Shown: positions 1 to 17,323 of the stretch, piece after piece | Position numbering within the stretch: the stretch's first letter is position 1 | Layout: each line of letters starts with the position of its first letter | Assembly (NCBI RefSeq): GCF_009914755.1 | Contig: NC_060931.1 | Length of the DNA: 64,000 nucleotides | Source: the human T2T-CHM13v2.0 reference genome, Homo sapiens | Reading direction: 5' to 3' (one strand) | Notes under the pieces: model-generated | Seen by the model: the letters and a program-made list of their open reading frames with translations, nothing else | Database searches by the model: none | What the model was told of the DNA's origin: nothing | Made by a program: the position numbers and the translations under genes

Positions 1-399
1 TTCTCAATGTCCTAATCTTGGAGGATTGTCAAACCTACTTTGTGATAAATTATTGATTGTCTCTTAAAATGCTGATTGTCTCTATTGGGACCAAAAAACA
101 TTGAATATAAAAGTTTACATTTAGATGTGTATAAAATATTAATCTGTTGTTTTTGTTATAAAATTGGAGCAGTTGAGTCGACATGTGCAGTTTAAAAAAT
201 TTATACTCTTATTGAAATCAAATGTATGAGAATATTATTTTTTCTATAACTGCTACAGGCTACCGAAAAGCCATTCCTGTCTTTGAGGCTACAGGATTTT
301 GTATTTGGGGCTAATTATACACAACAATTTAAAGTGATTATGTACTAGAGGACATATTTGGCTGTCCTAGGTTAGCTGGTTTTATTTTTATTCAGCAAC

Positions 400-555
400 T
401 TTGGGTGAGTTTCTTAACTTTCCTAAGCCTTGGTTTCTTTATCTGTAATATTGAGATAAGAATCCTTTTAAAATTGCTGTGATGATTAAATGACACAACA
501 TATATAAACACCAAGTACAGTGCTTGGTGTATAGTAGGTATTCAATAAATACTGC
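400..555 (+). mobile_element. MIR remnant (similar relics near 7270-7490, 15780-16030, 23850-24020, 42250-42480, 58990-59160)
   Basis: MIR core-like cttaactttcctaagccttggtttctttatctgtaa...gtgatgattaaatga. Confidence 0.6.
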
Positions 556-646
556 TATAGCACTTCCTCTCCCTTCTGTTCACTTTTGCTAAATATAGAC
601 TGTTGTTATTAATCAAATGTTAAATTAAAGGTTTTTGTTAATTGCT

Positions 647-930
647 CTTTTTTTTTGAGGCAGGCTCTCACTCTGTTACCCAGGCTGGAGTGCAGTGGCA
701 CAATCACGGTTCACTGCAGCCTTGACCTCCTCGGCTCAAGCAATCCTCCCACCCCAGCCTCCCATATAGGGACGTGCCATCATGCCCTGTTAATTTTTTG
801 TTTTGTGTATTGTAGTGATGGGGTCTCACTCTGCTGCCCAGGCTGGTCTCGAACTCCTGGGCTCACGTTATCCTCCCACCTCGGCCTCCCAAATTGTTAG
901 GATTACAGTCATGAGCCACCTTACCTGGCC
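647..930 (-). mobile_element. Alu (J-like)
   Basis: Poly-T followed by antisense Alu consensus, with TSD-like ttaattg. Confidence 0.9.
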
Positions 931-1567
931 TTAATTGTTCTCTTAAATTGGACATTTCTATATCAGTTAAAATGGAAAAACACCATTAGAAGTGGTCAGT
1001 TTTCCTTTGTATTTTTGAAAATTATGTACTTACATTTAATTGCTCTCTCCCTTATTCTTTAATTTCTTTTTTTATTTTTATTTATTTATTTTTATTGTTT
1101 GCTTTAATTTCTAACACAATTTTTTCCTTAGGGTGTGTCATTCTTTATCTGGGATCCTTTGAAGTACTTTGTTTTCATGGTAAAGAGGGGTGTTTTAGGA
1201 AGGAACAAAACAAATGATGCATTAAAAAGTGGATAGAATAGATAGCTATAAAGGCAGATATAGTTTCAGTTATATCTTACACTTAATTCTACATGGTAAT
1301 TTTGAGGAATGCACTATCCTACGTGGTGAATTTTCTGGGTATTTTTTTTTAAATGATCAAATTTTCTTTTACTTTTGACTCTTTCCTTTAACACTGCAAA
1401 TAGAGTAGAAATGACCATTTTCTAATATTTTCCTGATTTGTGGTGGTTATTGTCTATTATGACTTTGGTTATAATACATTGTGATAGATCTGTCCTTTAT
1501 TGTGAGTTCTCAGTTTAGCCTTATCTTGATTTGTTGTTTAATCAGTTTGCAGAATTGTAGGTAAATA

Positions 1568-2056
<489 letters not shown>

Positions 2057-3704
2057 CTACACAGTAATGTTTATAGACTCCAAGGGGATCCATCTATAGT
2101 TCTCCTTAGTATAAAAGTACTGAGTTCATAAAAACATTATCAGTAGAAAATTCTTTAAGGTTTTTGAAATGTCTTTTTTACAGTGTTAAGGCACTATAAT
2201 ACATACATTTCTACATTTTTAACATTTATTTTATATTTGTTCTCTTTAGAAGTTAAGTGTTTCATAATAGAATGTTTTTGGTTTTTGTTTTGCAAATACC
2301 TTGGTACATCAAGACTAGGAATTTCTATATAGTATATAATTTATTTGAAATACTGCAGTCATTTGCTTATGACTTTTTTTGGATAAAAGGAATAGTTTTT
2401 CCGTTAAAAGGAAGCAATCATTGGCCTGTAGCGGTTGCCAGATACAGCACCTAAAAATTAAAGTAGTAGTTTACACAGGTATGAGGAGATCCAAGAAATG
2501 ATGCTATTTGAATAGAGCTGAAGTTCTTTATTGAATAAAGCTTCTTATACCTGTGGGGTATTGGAAAGAAAAATATTTTATGACTTACTGGAAAACTAGC
2601 CTGGAATCTTTTTCATTTTTTGATGAATAGGTTTAAAACAGAGATGTTCATCAATGATATAATATTTGCCGGTTATATTCCAAGTGTCTTGCAGTCAGTT
2701 TATTTTTAACCATAGCAACAGACATGATGGTGAAATAAAGTAGTAGATTACTGTTGGCAGCCTAAAATTAGGCAAATGTACCAACTTTGAAAGGCCTGGG
2801 AGTGACTAAAACACTGTAGTTAACCTGCTGTATGTTTACAGTTCTACAAAGAATGACATAAATGCCATTTAACAGGTAAACTTAGAAGCTAAATTGCTCT
2901 TTGCCTAATGGACCATAGAGTTTATTCAAATAAAAGCTGTAGATTCAGCACCAAGGATTGATTCACAGAGAATAAAATGCTGAAGATATACAACCTAAAA
3001 GTTTCCCATTTGAACTTTTGCCCTGAATCAATATCCTTATTGGCATATATTTGCCTGGCCATTTTAAGTGAAGTCTTGCTTTAGTTTGCTTTCTGTTTTT
3101 GGTGTCTTTTTCTCTACCCCTGTGATGGATTCGAATTACAAAGAGTTCTGGTTTACCTAGTTTGTGGAGAAGGGGGATAGTGTAATCTCTAATGAAGTAG
3201 GATGGTATATAAAGAGCTAGTTAGTAAGGTAGCCTTATTAAAATGTACTTCTTTTACAGCTTTGGGGAATCAGAGGAATGACGTCTTATTTTTCCAATCT
3301 CAAAATGGTAGGCAGCAGGGTGTATTTCTAATTACTGCTGTTTTGTCCACTGTGACACTTTATTATATGGTTCATTTTTATTTACTGGTAGAAAACCAAG
3401 GAGTAAATTACTAGGTAGAACCTCCTTACATTGATTTCATATAAGGAAAATTCAGTACATTTAGTTTTACCTATAGAGATTGATTTTTAGGATTAAAGAT
3501 TTTTTTTTTCTTCCCTGTCCACCTCACCTGGTCTCAGTGTAGTTCTAAAGCTAAAGTTTATTACACATGGATTATTAAAGACTTTTTTTTTTTTAACCAA
3601 GACTTTCTCTTTCCAAAAAATCATGTCCCGATAGGATTTACACGCATTTATGTTTAAATAACATTTATGATGTGCCTACTATGTATCAGGCACTGAGTTC
3701 CCTG

Positions 3705-4007
3705 TTTTGTTTTGTTTTTTTTTTTTTTTTGGAAGATAGGTTCTTACTCTGTCGCCCAAGCTGGAGTGCAGTGGCACGATCATGGCTCACTGCAGCTTCA
3801 ACATCCTGGGCTCCTACCTCAGCCTTCCAAGTAGCTGGGGACTACAGGAGTGAGCCACCATCCCCGCTTAGTTTTAAAAAAATTTTCTGTAGGGATGGAG
3901 TTTCTCCATGTTGCCCAGGCTGGGCTCAAACTCCTGAGCTCAAGTTATCCTCCAGCCTCTGCCTCCTAGAGTGTTGGGATTACAGGTGTGAACCACCTTA
4001 CCCAGCC
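3705..4007 (-). mobile_element. Alu (J-like)
   Basis: Antisense Alu consensus. Confidence 0.9.
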
Positions 4008-5110
4008 CCACGGAGTTCTTATCTTTAGGAAACTCTGCATCATGGGGGAGCCAAGATGTAAACAAGTAACTATTATGCTTTATGGTAAATGCTACAGTAG
4101 AATTACCTTGAAAGTGTTACAGGAACTCACATAAAGTTCCCTGTAAATTTTTTCCTCTAGTCACCATTCTGTTACTGCTTTTGTCTTCTAAATATTTCTC
4201 AAATCTGTTGTGATCTCCCTACCTTCATTACTCTTTCATTCTTGTGCCAGTTAAATATTTTTTCTCACATCCACCAGAGTGATTTATCTTAAACAAAAAT
4301 TTGACCTTGTCACTTATCTTTTTAACACTCGTCAAAGCCTTTCTTTCATATGTGGTATAAACTCTTTGCAAGGCCTATAACGATTTTTCTGGTCTAATTC
4401 CAGTTAGCTTTGTAGCCTCATTGCCTACCCCTTTCAGCCTTCAACTTTTCTTACCTTCTAACACCATCCCTCCAAATAAAACTGTTTGAAGTCTTCCCAT
4501 GCTATTTTTCACCTTAGTGTTTAGACTGCCCACTTATGCTTTTAATTTTTTTTTTTTTTAACTGAAGTTGCTCCTTAAAACTCAAAGCTGGCATCTTCCC
4601 CTCACGGATATCTTTCATAATCCCCTGAAAACTGGATTAGGTATCTCCTCCTGCTAGTGCTCCTATGGGAAAGTTGTGTGTGTTCTTTTTGTGGCAGTGG
4701 TATAGCGCTTTTTTTTTTTCTTGATTCTTTCTCTTTACAGTTTACAGAGTAATATTGTAGTTACCTAGCATCCTCCAAAGGTCACCACTGTGTTGCTTGT
4801 TTGTTTAATTATCATTATGAACTTATGGCTTTAAAGATATTTCATATGTTTCCACCTGTTGGAGTTATTGTCCATAATAATGTCTTTCCCATTGTCAGAC
4901 AGATTGTTCTGTCTTAATAATAGGAGCTTATTTAGGTTGGCTTCTGAATCTTTTTGACATGACCCTAGTAGTATGATAGTATTCACTGAGGAAAAAAATT
5001 TGAAATGGGAGCAATTGTTTCTGCATGGAGACAGGGAAAGCTACAGAGAGATCTTGATCCTCTTTTACCATCCTAGATATAAACATTCTGAGATGTTCCA
5101 TATAAGCTAA

Positions 5111-5452
<342 letters not shown>

Positions 5453-5822
5453 AATCTCTTTTATAATATCAATTATTATTCTACTTCTGTATTACAGTGG
5501 TATTTTGTTTATTCTACTGCTTATTACAGCCTGACTTGATAATTAATCTCCCCTGCTAATCCATGAGAGTAAGAATCATTATCTTTATATCGCCATTATT
5601 TCAGGGTCTTACTGTATACTTGGTACTTGGTAAATGTTTACTGCTTTGATAACAGTGCTGTCAGGAGACAGTATTTATATTAAACTTCTAATTTATATAG
5701 TTTTTTATTCTTAAATTAAGTACCTTTGATGTGCCATGTATCAAGCCAGGCACTTATTTCAAGGGACTTGATTTGAGTTGTCAAATCTGTGAAATAGGCT
5801 CTTTATACTGATTATTACATTA

Positions 5823-6149
<327 letters not shown>

Positions 6150-8075
6150 TTATTCTGTAGTAACATTTCCTGAAGTGTGCTCTACATGATGTTAATAAGT
6201 ATTAGGAGAATAAAAGGATTTTGTAGTCAAATCAGTTTGGGAAATATTGAGTGAGACACAGGCAAACAAGTTATATGATTTCAGGATTTTCCAGTGCAAA
6301 TAATGTGCAGTTGACTGTCTAAGAGGCAGACAGAGAAAATATCATTTCTCAATTTATTTGACTTAATTTTTTCCCCTGAGTATCTGTTGAACATACTTAG
6401 GAAAATACTGGCCTGTGGTTAACAAGTTACGTAAAAGAGTGTGGTGCAGTGGAAAGGGCATGGAATTGGAAGTCAGAAGCTGGGTTTTACCATCTGTAAA
6501 ACCTGACGTCTCTTAAAGCCTCAATTGTCTCGTCAGTAAAAAAAAAAAGTTAATACTGGTCTGTACAGCATAAGATTGTTCTCTTTAATGGTCTCTTATT
6601 TGATTTCAAATGAATGAATAGCAATAATATGTTAGGTATTTTTAAAATAAGTAACCAAGTTATGTTAATATTTTTGGCATTTAAATTGCCTTAAAATATG
6701 ACATAGCTTTTCTTGTTATAGTAAACTATTAGAAATATGTAAACAAGGATGGTGCTGTAGCCTTGATTTATATTTTGTACACATGATTTAGTCAGGGTTA
6801 TGTTTTAGAATGATAAACCAGAGTATATGCTATGATGAGTAGTAAAAGAATGCAAATAGGCATATACATTCTTTCCTTGTCACATGCTGCAATATGAAGG
6901 AAAAGGAAGCATTAGGTAATAGCCAGATGACATAATGGTTAATTATTGAGCTTTTGCATGTCTGTTCCTGTTGTTTGCTCCATACATATTAGTACATTTA
7001 GTCCTTATAATTACCCTTTGATTAATAATACTAATTATTTTACATGTTGTTAAGGCTAAGTTGGACTTCTTGAAGAGTTTTGTGTATTTTTATTTGCTTT
7101 TTAAATAAGCCCTGACAGCTTGCCTGCTGGCAAGATAGCCCACAGAAGGTAATACAGGGAGAAGTGTATGACAATGATTAGGGATTAAATGTAACCCTTC
7201 CCAGACATCTCTTAGTGATCAGAACCAAGGCAAGTGAACGTAGGGTCGTTTTTGTGGATGGATATTAATGAAATTACTGGTGGGTAAGAGCACAGCTATG
7301 GAGCCAGGTTGTCTGTGTTTGAATTCCTGTTTATTGCTACTATTTAACCTTGTACAGCCTAAGTCTTTATACTGTAAACATAGAGATAGCTGTAATACCT
7401 ACTTAATAGTGCTGTGAGAATTAAATAAGTTAATACGTGGAAGGGGTATCAGCACTTGATAAATGCTGACTACTTATTATTGCTGTTATTGTAATATTGT
7501 GAACATTAACTGCCTCAACTGGCATTTGAGGAGTAAAAAGCAGAGACATTAGTATACTTCAGTAACTGTGGTTGGACTTTCTATCCAAGGTGGGGGAAAG
7601 GGCGCAGCTAAGGAGTTCTGGTGTATCATAGGAAAAAATTATCTAATAGTAGATAGCAGTTGACAAGAGTATGTGAGAGCTTTCATTTTTTTCTCCTGAC
7701 ATCATCTTAGATTGGGTGATAGACAGTGTAATAAAGTAAATACTTAATCTACAGCTTGATGCTGTAAAACATCTGTGCAGTTCTCCTTTACATACGATCT
7801 TTTGTTTTAGTAGATTGATGAATCCCTGTTTAAGGAATTTACAAAGTTGGCAGAACTTTAAAGCAAGTTGTATTCTAGGGGGCAAATCATGCCCAGTACC
7901 TTTTATAAAGTAGTTAATACAGATGAGAGGATATCATAAATATACCCATTAATGTTAAGAAACATTTCCTTTTTTCCCCCCATTCTATATAAAGTACCTT
8001 GGTGGAAACTTCCCAGTCTCCTTGGATGGCATTTAGCCTTTTATATGTGAAAGAAGTAATAAAATTGGATCTTTT

Positions 8076-8394
8076 GTTTTTTCTTTTGAGACAGGGTCTC
8101 ACTTTGTTGCCAGGCTAGAGTAGTATCCTGCACTATCATAGCTCAATGCAGCCTCCAACTCCTGAGCTCAAGCAGTCTTCCTGCCTTAGCCTCCCAAGTA
8201 GCTGGAGCTACAGGCATGCACCACCTCGCAAGTGGCTAATTAAAAAAAAATTTTTTTTTTTTTTTTTTTTTTTTTTGCAGAACAGAGTCTTGCTTTGTTG
8301 CCCAGGCTGGTCTTGAACTCCCGGCTTCGAGCAATCCTCCTACCTCAGCCTTCCAGAGTGCTGGGACTACAGGCATGTGCCAACTCGCCCAGCC
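8076..8394 (-). mobile_element. Alu (J-like) with an expanded middle linker
   Basis: Antisense Alu with a long A/T tract at 8241-8276. Confidence 0.9.
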
Positions 8395-9061
8395 AAAATT
8401 GAACTTTTTATTACAATCATGAATACAAAGAAAAAGTGAAAGCTATTCTTCATATTCTGATTAATTAAAAACAAATTTCAGTAAGTCAAAGAATGGATAT
8501 ACCTGAAATGGGTAGCACATTTACTTAATTCTCATCTAAACAAGTAATTTGAAACGGTTTCTGCTACTAAGAATAGCAATTTCCACAAATTGCTATTATT
8601 TTGAGAAAAGACAAATCAGATTTATCCTAGGAAGGTAGCATTAGATAATGGAAAGCCTATGGGCTTTTATGCTTGCAGATGGAATCCAACTTCTGTGTTT
8701 TAAAAACTATCTGGCCTTGGGCTAACATCTCTGAGACTCAGTTTCCTCACGTTTAAAAGGGGAATGATAATGTTGACTTTTAAATGATTTTTGAGAAAGT
8801 TCTAGCACAGTATCTGAGAAATTTTAAAATAAATATTCCCTTTCATTTTGGCTTGAACAACTTGAATTTGTACCACACATAAATATAGATCCTATTCGTA
8901 CTTTATTAATCTTAGTGACTTAAAAATCAAGCAGGAAAAAGCAAAAAAACAAAAAAGATCTTTGGAATAGAACATCCTGTCTTTCAGTCTGGTTCTGTCA
9001 TTGGTTCTCTTTTGACTTTGAGCAAGTTATTGAAGGTCTTTACATCTGTTTCATTTTTTCA

Positions 9062-10194
9062 GTTTTTAAATTTTTAATTGATACGTAATTAATTATACAT
9101 CTTATGGGATACATGTAATATTTTGATACATACAATGGGTAATGATTAGATCAGGGTAATTAGGATATCCATTACCTCAAACATTTATCATTTCTTTGTG
9201 TTGGGAACATTTTAAAACTACTCTTCCAGCTATATTGAAATATATAATAAATTATTGTTACCCTCCTGTGCTATCAAACACTAGAACTTAATTCTTTCTA
9301 TGTGTGTTTTGCACCCATTAACCAAACTTTCTTTATCCTCCTCACTTCCCAGTCTCCTGTATTACTCTCTACCTCCATGAGATCAACTTTTATAGCTCCC
9401 ATATATGAGAACATAGCAATATTTGTCTTTCTATGACTGGCTTATTTCATTTAACATAATGACCTTCAGTTCCATCCACGTTGCTGCAAATGGCAGGACT
9501 TCCTTCTTTTATATTGCTAGATCATATGGTAGTTCAATTTTTAGTTTTTTAAGGAACCTTCATACTGTTTACCATGGTGGCTGTACTAATTTACATTCTT
9601 ACCAACAGTGTATTAGCATTCCTCTTTCTCTAGATCTCACCAGCATATGTTATTTTTTGTCTTTTCAATAGTAGCCATTTTAACTAGAGTGAGATGATAT
9701 CTCATTGTGGTTTTGATTTGTATTTCCCCGATGATTAGTGATGTTGAGTTTTTTTGTTGTTGCTGTTTTTGTTTTGATTTTTTAACATACCTGTTGGCCA
9801 CTTGGTTTGTCTTCTTTTGAGAAATATCTATGGCGATCTTTTACCCATATATTTGAATTGGATTATTTGTTTTTTTGCTGTTGAGTTGTTTGAGTTCCTT
9901 ATATATTCTGGTTATTAATCCTTTGTTGGATAGTTTGTAAATATTTTCTCCCATTCTGCAGGTTGTCTCTTCACTCTGTTGTTTTCTTTGCTGTGCAGAA
10001 GCTTTTTAGTTTCATGTAATTCCATTTGTCTATTTTTGCTTTTGTTGCCTGTGCTTTTGGGGTCCTACCCCAAAATTCTTTGCCTAGATCAGTGTCCTGA
10101 AGTGTTTCTCCAATGTTTTCTTCTAGTAGTTTTATAGTGTTAGGTATTACTTTTAAATCTTTAATCCATTTTGTTTTTTTTTTTTTTGGTATGT
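9062..10194 (-). mobile_element. L1MA-type LINE-1 3' portion, left of the HERV-L insertion
   Basis: L1 3'UTR/ORF2 antisense motifs (ggttgtctcttcactctgttg...gctgtgcagaagctttttagttt). Confidence 0.85.
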
Positions 10195-10635
10195 TGTATT
10201 AGGGTTCTCTAGAGGGACAGAACTAATGGAAAAAAATTATATATATGAGTTTATTAAGTATTAACTCACACTATCACAAGGTCTCACAATAGGCCATCTG
10301 CAGGCTGAGGAGCAAGGAGAGCCAATCCGAGTTCCAAAACTGAAGAACTTGGAATCCGCTGTTCAAGGGCAGGAAGCATCCAGCACAGGAGAAAGATATA
10401 GGCTGGGAGGCTAGGCCAGGCCAGTCTCTCTTTTCACATTTTTCTGCCTGCTTGTATGCTAGCCACACTGGCAGCTGATTAGCTTGTGCCCACCTAGATT
10501 AAGGGTGGGTCTGCTTTTCCCAGCCCACTGACTCAAATGTTTATCTCCTTTGGCAACACCCTCACAGACACACCCAGGATCAAAACTTTGTATCCTTCAG
10601 TCCAGTCAAGTTTGCACTCAGTATTAAGCATCACA
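10195..10635 (-). mobile_element. MLT2A-family LTR (3' LTR of the provirus)
   Basis: tgtattagggttctctagagggacagaactaat...cagtattaagcatcaca, with the polypurine tract (complement of agtccaccccttgtc) immediately adjacent. Confidence 0.9.
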
Positions 10636-11081
10636 AGTCCACCCCTTGTCAACCTGAACCCATACACATCTCCTGAGATCATATATAATCTTCAAATAAA
10701 GACAATAATAAGCCTAACATAACACAGCTATCCTTTGTACAACCAGAAATGCACCAATCCCCATTCCAAATACTATTACATAAAGTTAACAATACTTAAA
10801 TGCTGATGTGAAGTCAATAAATCTTTATATCACATGATAAAGGAGAAAGGAAATAAAAATGAAGATATTTTCTTAGTATAAGTGTATACATGCACAAACA
10901 TTTTTAACAAAAGAAGGAGGAAACACTCATGACAGTTACAGTCCTTGTTTCTGCAGCTGATCGTGTGGTCGTAGCTGGTATTGATGACTACCTTCTTCTA
11001 CTACCCATTCTGTATTCCCTTGGCCTTCAGCAAGCACCTCAGCAAGTCATGGTGTTTTCTCTGGTGGAGTGACCCAAACCT

Positions 11082-11582
11082 TCATTCCTGAATGGTCTCG
11101 GGGTCATTTGTAGTCCTGCCTGAATTGGGCTGTTGTAGTTTCCCATTGACCTTAATCACACGGCATGGTGATATTAAGAGACGCCTTAATGGATCTTGTG
11201 TATTCCATGAATACTCTTCCTTACCTCCGTTGTGGAGTAGTAGACTGATTTCATCTTGATAGTCCAGGCCAATCACTGTAACTCCCTTCTTAGCCTGTTG
11301 ACTTAAAGGTAGGGGGAGCCCAAAGTGTCCAGGTGGCAATCTCAACTTCCAGTTTAATGGAGTTGTGTCTCCTCTTGGCAGTGTTCCTCCCTCTGGAACT
11401 AAGACCTCCAGGCCAGGAGAACGTAATGTCTCAGGAACAGGAAGCAAAAATTTTACTAGTGTATCACTAGGGGTGATGGTAAGTGGTGCTACTTCCAATT
11501 CTACCCCTTGATTCCTGAACCTGTGAATCCTGGCTATTGGAGAAACAGTACCATATATTGGATGCTGATTCAGAGCATACAC
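11082..11582 (-). pseudogene. HERV-L integrase C-terminus / dUTPase remnant
   Basis: The ORF contains GLEVLVPEGGTLP...LNWKLRLPPGHFGL...KKGVTV...DYQDEISLLLHNGG, the dUTPase-like region that follows integrase in ERV-L. Confidence 0.8.
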
Positions 11583-12312
11583 TTTGCCCCAGCCTGCAAA
11601 GTATTGTCACCTAGTTGCCGTTGTAATTGTGACTTCGAAAGGGTATTCCACTGTTGTGTCAATCCAGCTGCTTCAGAATGATGGGGAGCATGGTAAGACC
11701 AGTGAATTCCATAAGCATGAGCCCACTGCCACACTTCTGTAGCTGTAAAGTGAGTGCCTTGGTCAAAGGCAATGCTGTGTGGAATACCATGATGTTGGAT
11801 AAGGCATTCCATGAGTCCATGATGGTAGTCTTGGCAGAAGCTTGCATGCAGGATAGGTAAACCCATATCTGGAGTAAGGGTTTATTCCAGTGAGGACAAA
11901 CCTCTGCCCTTTCCGTGATGGAAAAGGTTCAATATAATCAATCTGCCACCAGGTAACTGGCTGATCACCCCGAGGAATGGTGCCATATGGAGGGCTCAGT
12001 GTTGGTCTCTGCTGCTGGCAAATTGGGCACTCAGCAATGGCTGCAGCCAGATCAGCCTTGGTGAGTGGAAGTCCATGTTGCTGAGCCCATGCGTAACCTC
12101 CATCCCTGCCACCATGGCCACTTTGTTCATGGGCCCATTGGACGATGATGGGGTGGCTGGGGAAAGAGACTGAGTGGTGTCATCCTCTCCACTTGATTGT
12201 TAAAATCCTGCTCTGCTGAGGTCACCCACTGGTGAGCACTCACATGGGGTACAAATACCTTCACAGTTTTTGACCACTCAGAGAGGTCCATCCACATACC
12301 TCTTCCCCAGAT
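11570..12312 (-). pseudogene. Degenerate HERV-L pol remnant (end of RNase H plus integrase)
   Basis: HHGIPHSIAFDQGTHFTA...GIHWSYHAPHHSEAAGL resembles an integrase core. Frameshifted. Confidence 0.8.
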
Positions 12313-14240
<1,928 letters not shown>

Positions 14241-14261
14241 TAATATTCTGTTCCTCTAGAA

Positions 14262-14276
14262 CCACTCCTGGTACCA
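14262..14276 (-). promoter_or_regulatory. Retroviral primer-binding site (tRNA-Leu)
   Basis: The + strand reads ccactcctggtacca, matching the recalled 3' end (with CCA) of tRNA-Leu(TAA), 5 nt from the 5' LTR. Confidence 0.8.
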
Positions 14277-14281
14277 AAATC

Positions 14282-14721
14282 TGTTGGTCAAGGTTCTCTA
14301 GAGGGACAGAACTAATGGAATAACTATATATATAAAGGAGAGTTTATTAAGTATTAACTCATGATTACAAGGTCTCACAATAGACCGTCTGCAAGCTGAG
14401 GAGCAAGGAGAGCCAGTCCAAGTTCCAAAACTGAAGAACTTGGAATCCGCTGTTCCAGGGCAGGAAGCATTCAGCACATGAAAAAGATATAGGCTGGGAA
14501 GCTAGGCCAGTCTCTCTATTCATATTTTTCTGCCTGCTTATATTCTAGCTACACTGGCAGCTGATTAGATTGTGCCCACCCAAATTAAAGGTGTGTCTGC
14601 TTTTCCCAGCCCACTGACTCAAATGTTAATCTCCTTTGGCAGCACCCTCACAGACACACCCAGGATCAATACTTTGTATCCTTCAATCCAGTCAAGTTGA
14701 CACTCAGTATTAACCATCACA
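14282..14721 (-). mobile_element. MLT2A-family LTR (5' LTR of the provirus)
   Basis: About 90% identical by eye to 10195-10635, and adjacent to the primer-binding site. Confidence 0.9.
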
Positions 14722-15245
14722 TATGTGGTAAAATATAGGGGTCTAGTTTCATTCTTCTGTATATGGATATCAGTTTTCCCAGCACCATTTATTGAAGAGA
14801 CTGTCTTTTCCCCAATAAACGTTCTTGGTGCCTTTGTCAAAAATCAGGTGGTTATAAATAGGTGGATTTATTTCAGAGTCCTCTATTCTGTTCCATTGGT
14901 CTCTGTGTCTATTTTATGCCAGGCCCATGGTCTTTTGGTTACTATAGGTTTGTAATATATTTTGAAATCAGGTGGTGTGCTGCCTTCAGCTTTGTTCTTT
15001 TTGCTTCCAGTCACTTTGGCTAGTGCTGTATGAATTGTAGGATTGTTTTTTTCTATTTCTGTGTAGGGGTTGCATTGACTCAGTAGATTATCTTTGGTAG
15101 TATGGTCATTTTCACAACATTCTTCTAGTCCATGAGCGTGGGATGTCTTCATTTTTTTGTGACCTCTTTGATTTCTTTCATCAGTGTTTTGTAGTTTTCT
15201 TACATAGATCTTCCACCTCCCTGGTTAGATTTATTCCTAGGTTTT
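14722..15245 (-). mobile_element. Continuation of the same L1 (ORF2 region), right of the HERV-L
   Basis: tctagtttcattcttctg...cagttttcccagcaccatttattgaagagact continues the L1 where the left piece stops. Confidence 0.85.
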
Positions 15246-15455
15246 TTAAAAAAATAGTTTAATTTTTAAAAAATCTATTCCTGTGTGTGTGTATGTGTGT
15301 GTTTAAAGAAAACAGTCATCTTCTTTAAAATTGGAATAACTCTGTCTATTTCCAGGCTTGTTATAAGGATTAAACAACATTGTTTAAGTAAAGTAGTTGG
15401 CCCAGAGCCTCCTATATCATGGTTGTTATATTTGTTGACTAATAATAACAGGTAA

Positions 15456-15777
<322 letters not shown>

Positions 15778-16535
15778 AATAACAGGTAATATTTATTGAA
15801 CACTTCATGTGTGCCACACAATGTCTGAAAGTACTTTATATACATTTCATCATCACAAAAAGCCTATTAAATATATATTACTGCTATTATCCTGATTTTA
15901 TAACTGAGGCAACTACGGTTTAGAGAAGTCTAGTAGTTTTCTTAAGGTCACACAGTGCCTGTGTGCCTGAGCTAGAATTCAAATCTAGTTGGTCTGGGCC
16001 ATAGTATCTGCACTCTTTACTTAACAGTGATTCCACTCCCCACTTTACAACCAAATCTAGCCTATTTCTTTTACTTTTTTCTTACCTGGCTTTGGGTTCT
16101 TAGGTGGTTGAGAGAAATGGCATTAAATTTGTCATCTGTGTCTCATTCCCTGCCTGGACTGCCATCAAGGACCAGCAAATGCTTAATAAATGGTAGCAGC
16201 AGTTACTGATTATTAATACAACTATCACTTTTTAAGTGTTTTTAGTCTATTAGAAGTCTTGTACATTTACTGACTAGGTCGATTTTGGTCAGTGTTATTT
16301 AACTGAGTAAATTCAATTTTTATAAATGCGTCTGTGGCCAAAAGAATTATGACCAGTGTTGATTAATGTCTTAGATTAGGTGGGAAGATGAAGTTCATGT
16401 CTTTTGAAGTTTTTTTCTCTTTTAAGTTTGATATATAAAATATGAGCAACACTTTTATTAGTGGTAAAATGAAGATAATGTTTATATCCCATCTTTCACT
16501 GTGTTTCTTTGATTTAGAAGCTAAAGAAGTCAGCT

Positions 16536-16761
16536 GGGCTTGGTGGCTTACATCTGTAATCGCAGCACTTTGGGAGGGCAAAGAGGAAGGATCACTTGCG
16601 CCCAGGAGTTCAAGACCAGCCTGGGCAACAAAGTGAGATCCTGTCTCTACAAAATAAATAAAATAAAATAAAATAAATTATCCAGGCATGGTGGTACACA
16701 CCTGCAGTTGCAGCTACGCAGGAGGCTGAGATGGGAGGATCACTGTGATTGCACCACTGCA
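16536..16761 (+). mobile_element. Alu (J-like), right arm deleted/truncated
   Basis: Sense Alu with an (aaaat)n linker and no tail. Confidence 0.85.
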
Positions 16762-17007
16762 TAATTTAAGAGTGTGTTTTAAATAATTTTCAATGATTTC
16801 CACTCTATAATAATTCAGATAACACTTATCAAAAATTCCAAATAATTTTGAATTGAGTAATGTTAAATTGTGTGGGTTTGGCTCTAAAAGCTTTAACACT
16901 TGGGAATTATAGGTTTGTTAAATAGAACTTGGGTATTTACCCTTAAAGTATTTTCACCCTCTGTTTGATTTAAATAAGATATATTTGAATTATTTTCCCA
17001 TGATTAA

Positions 17008-17323
<316 letters not shown>

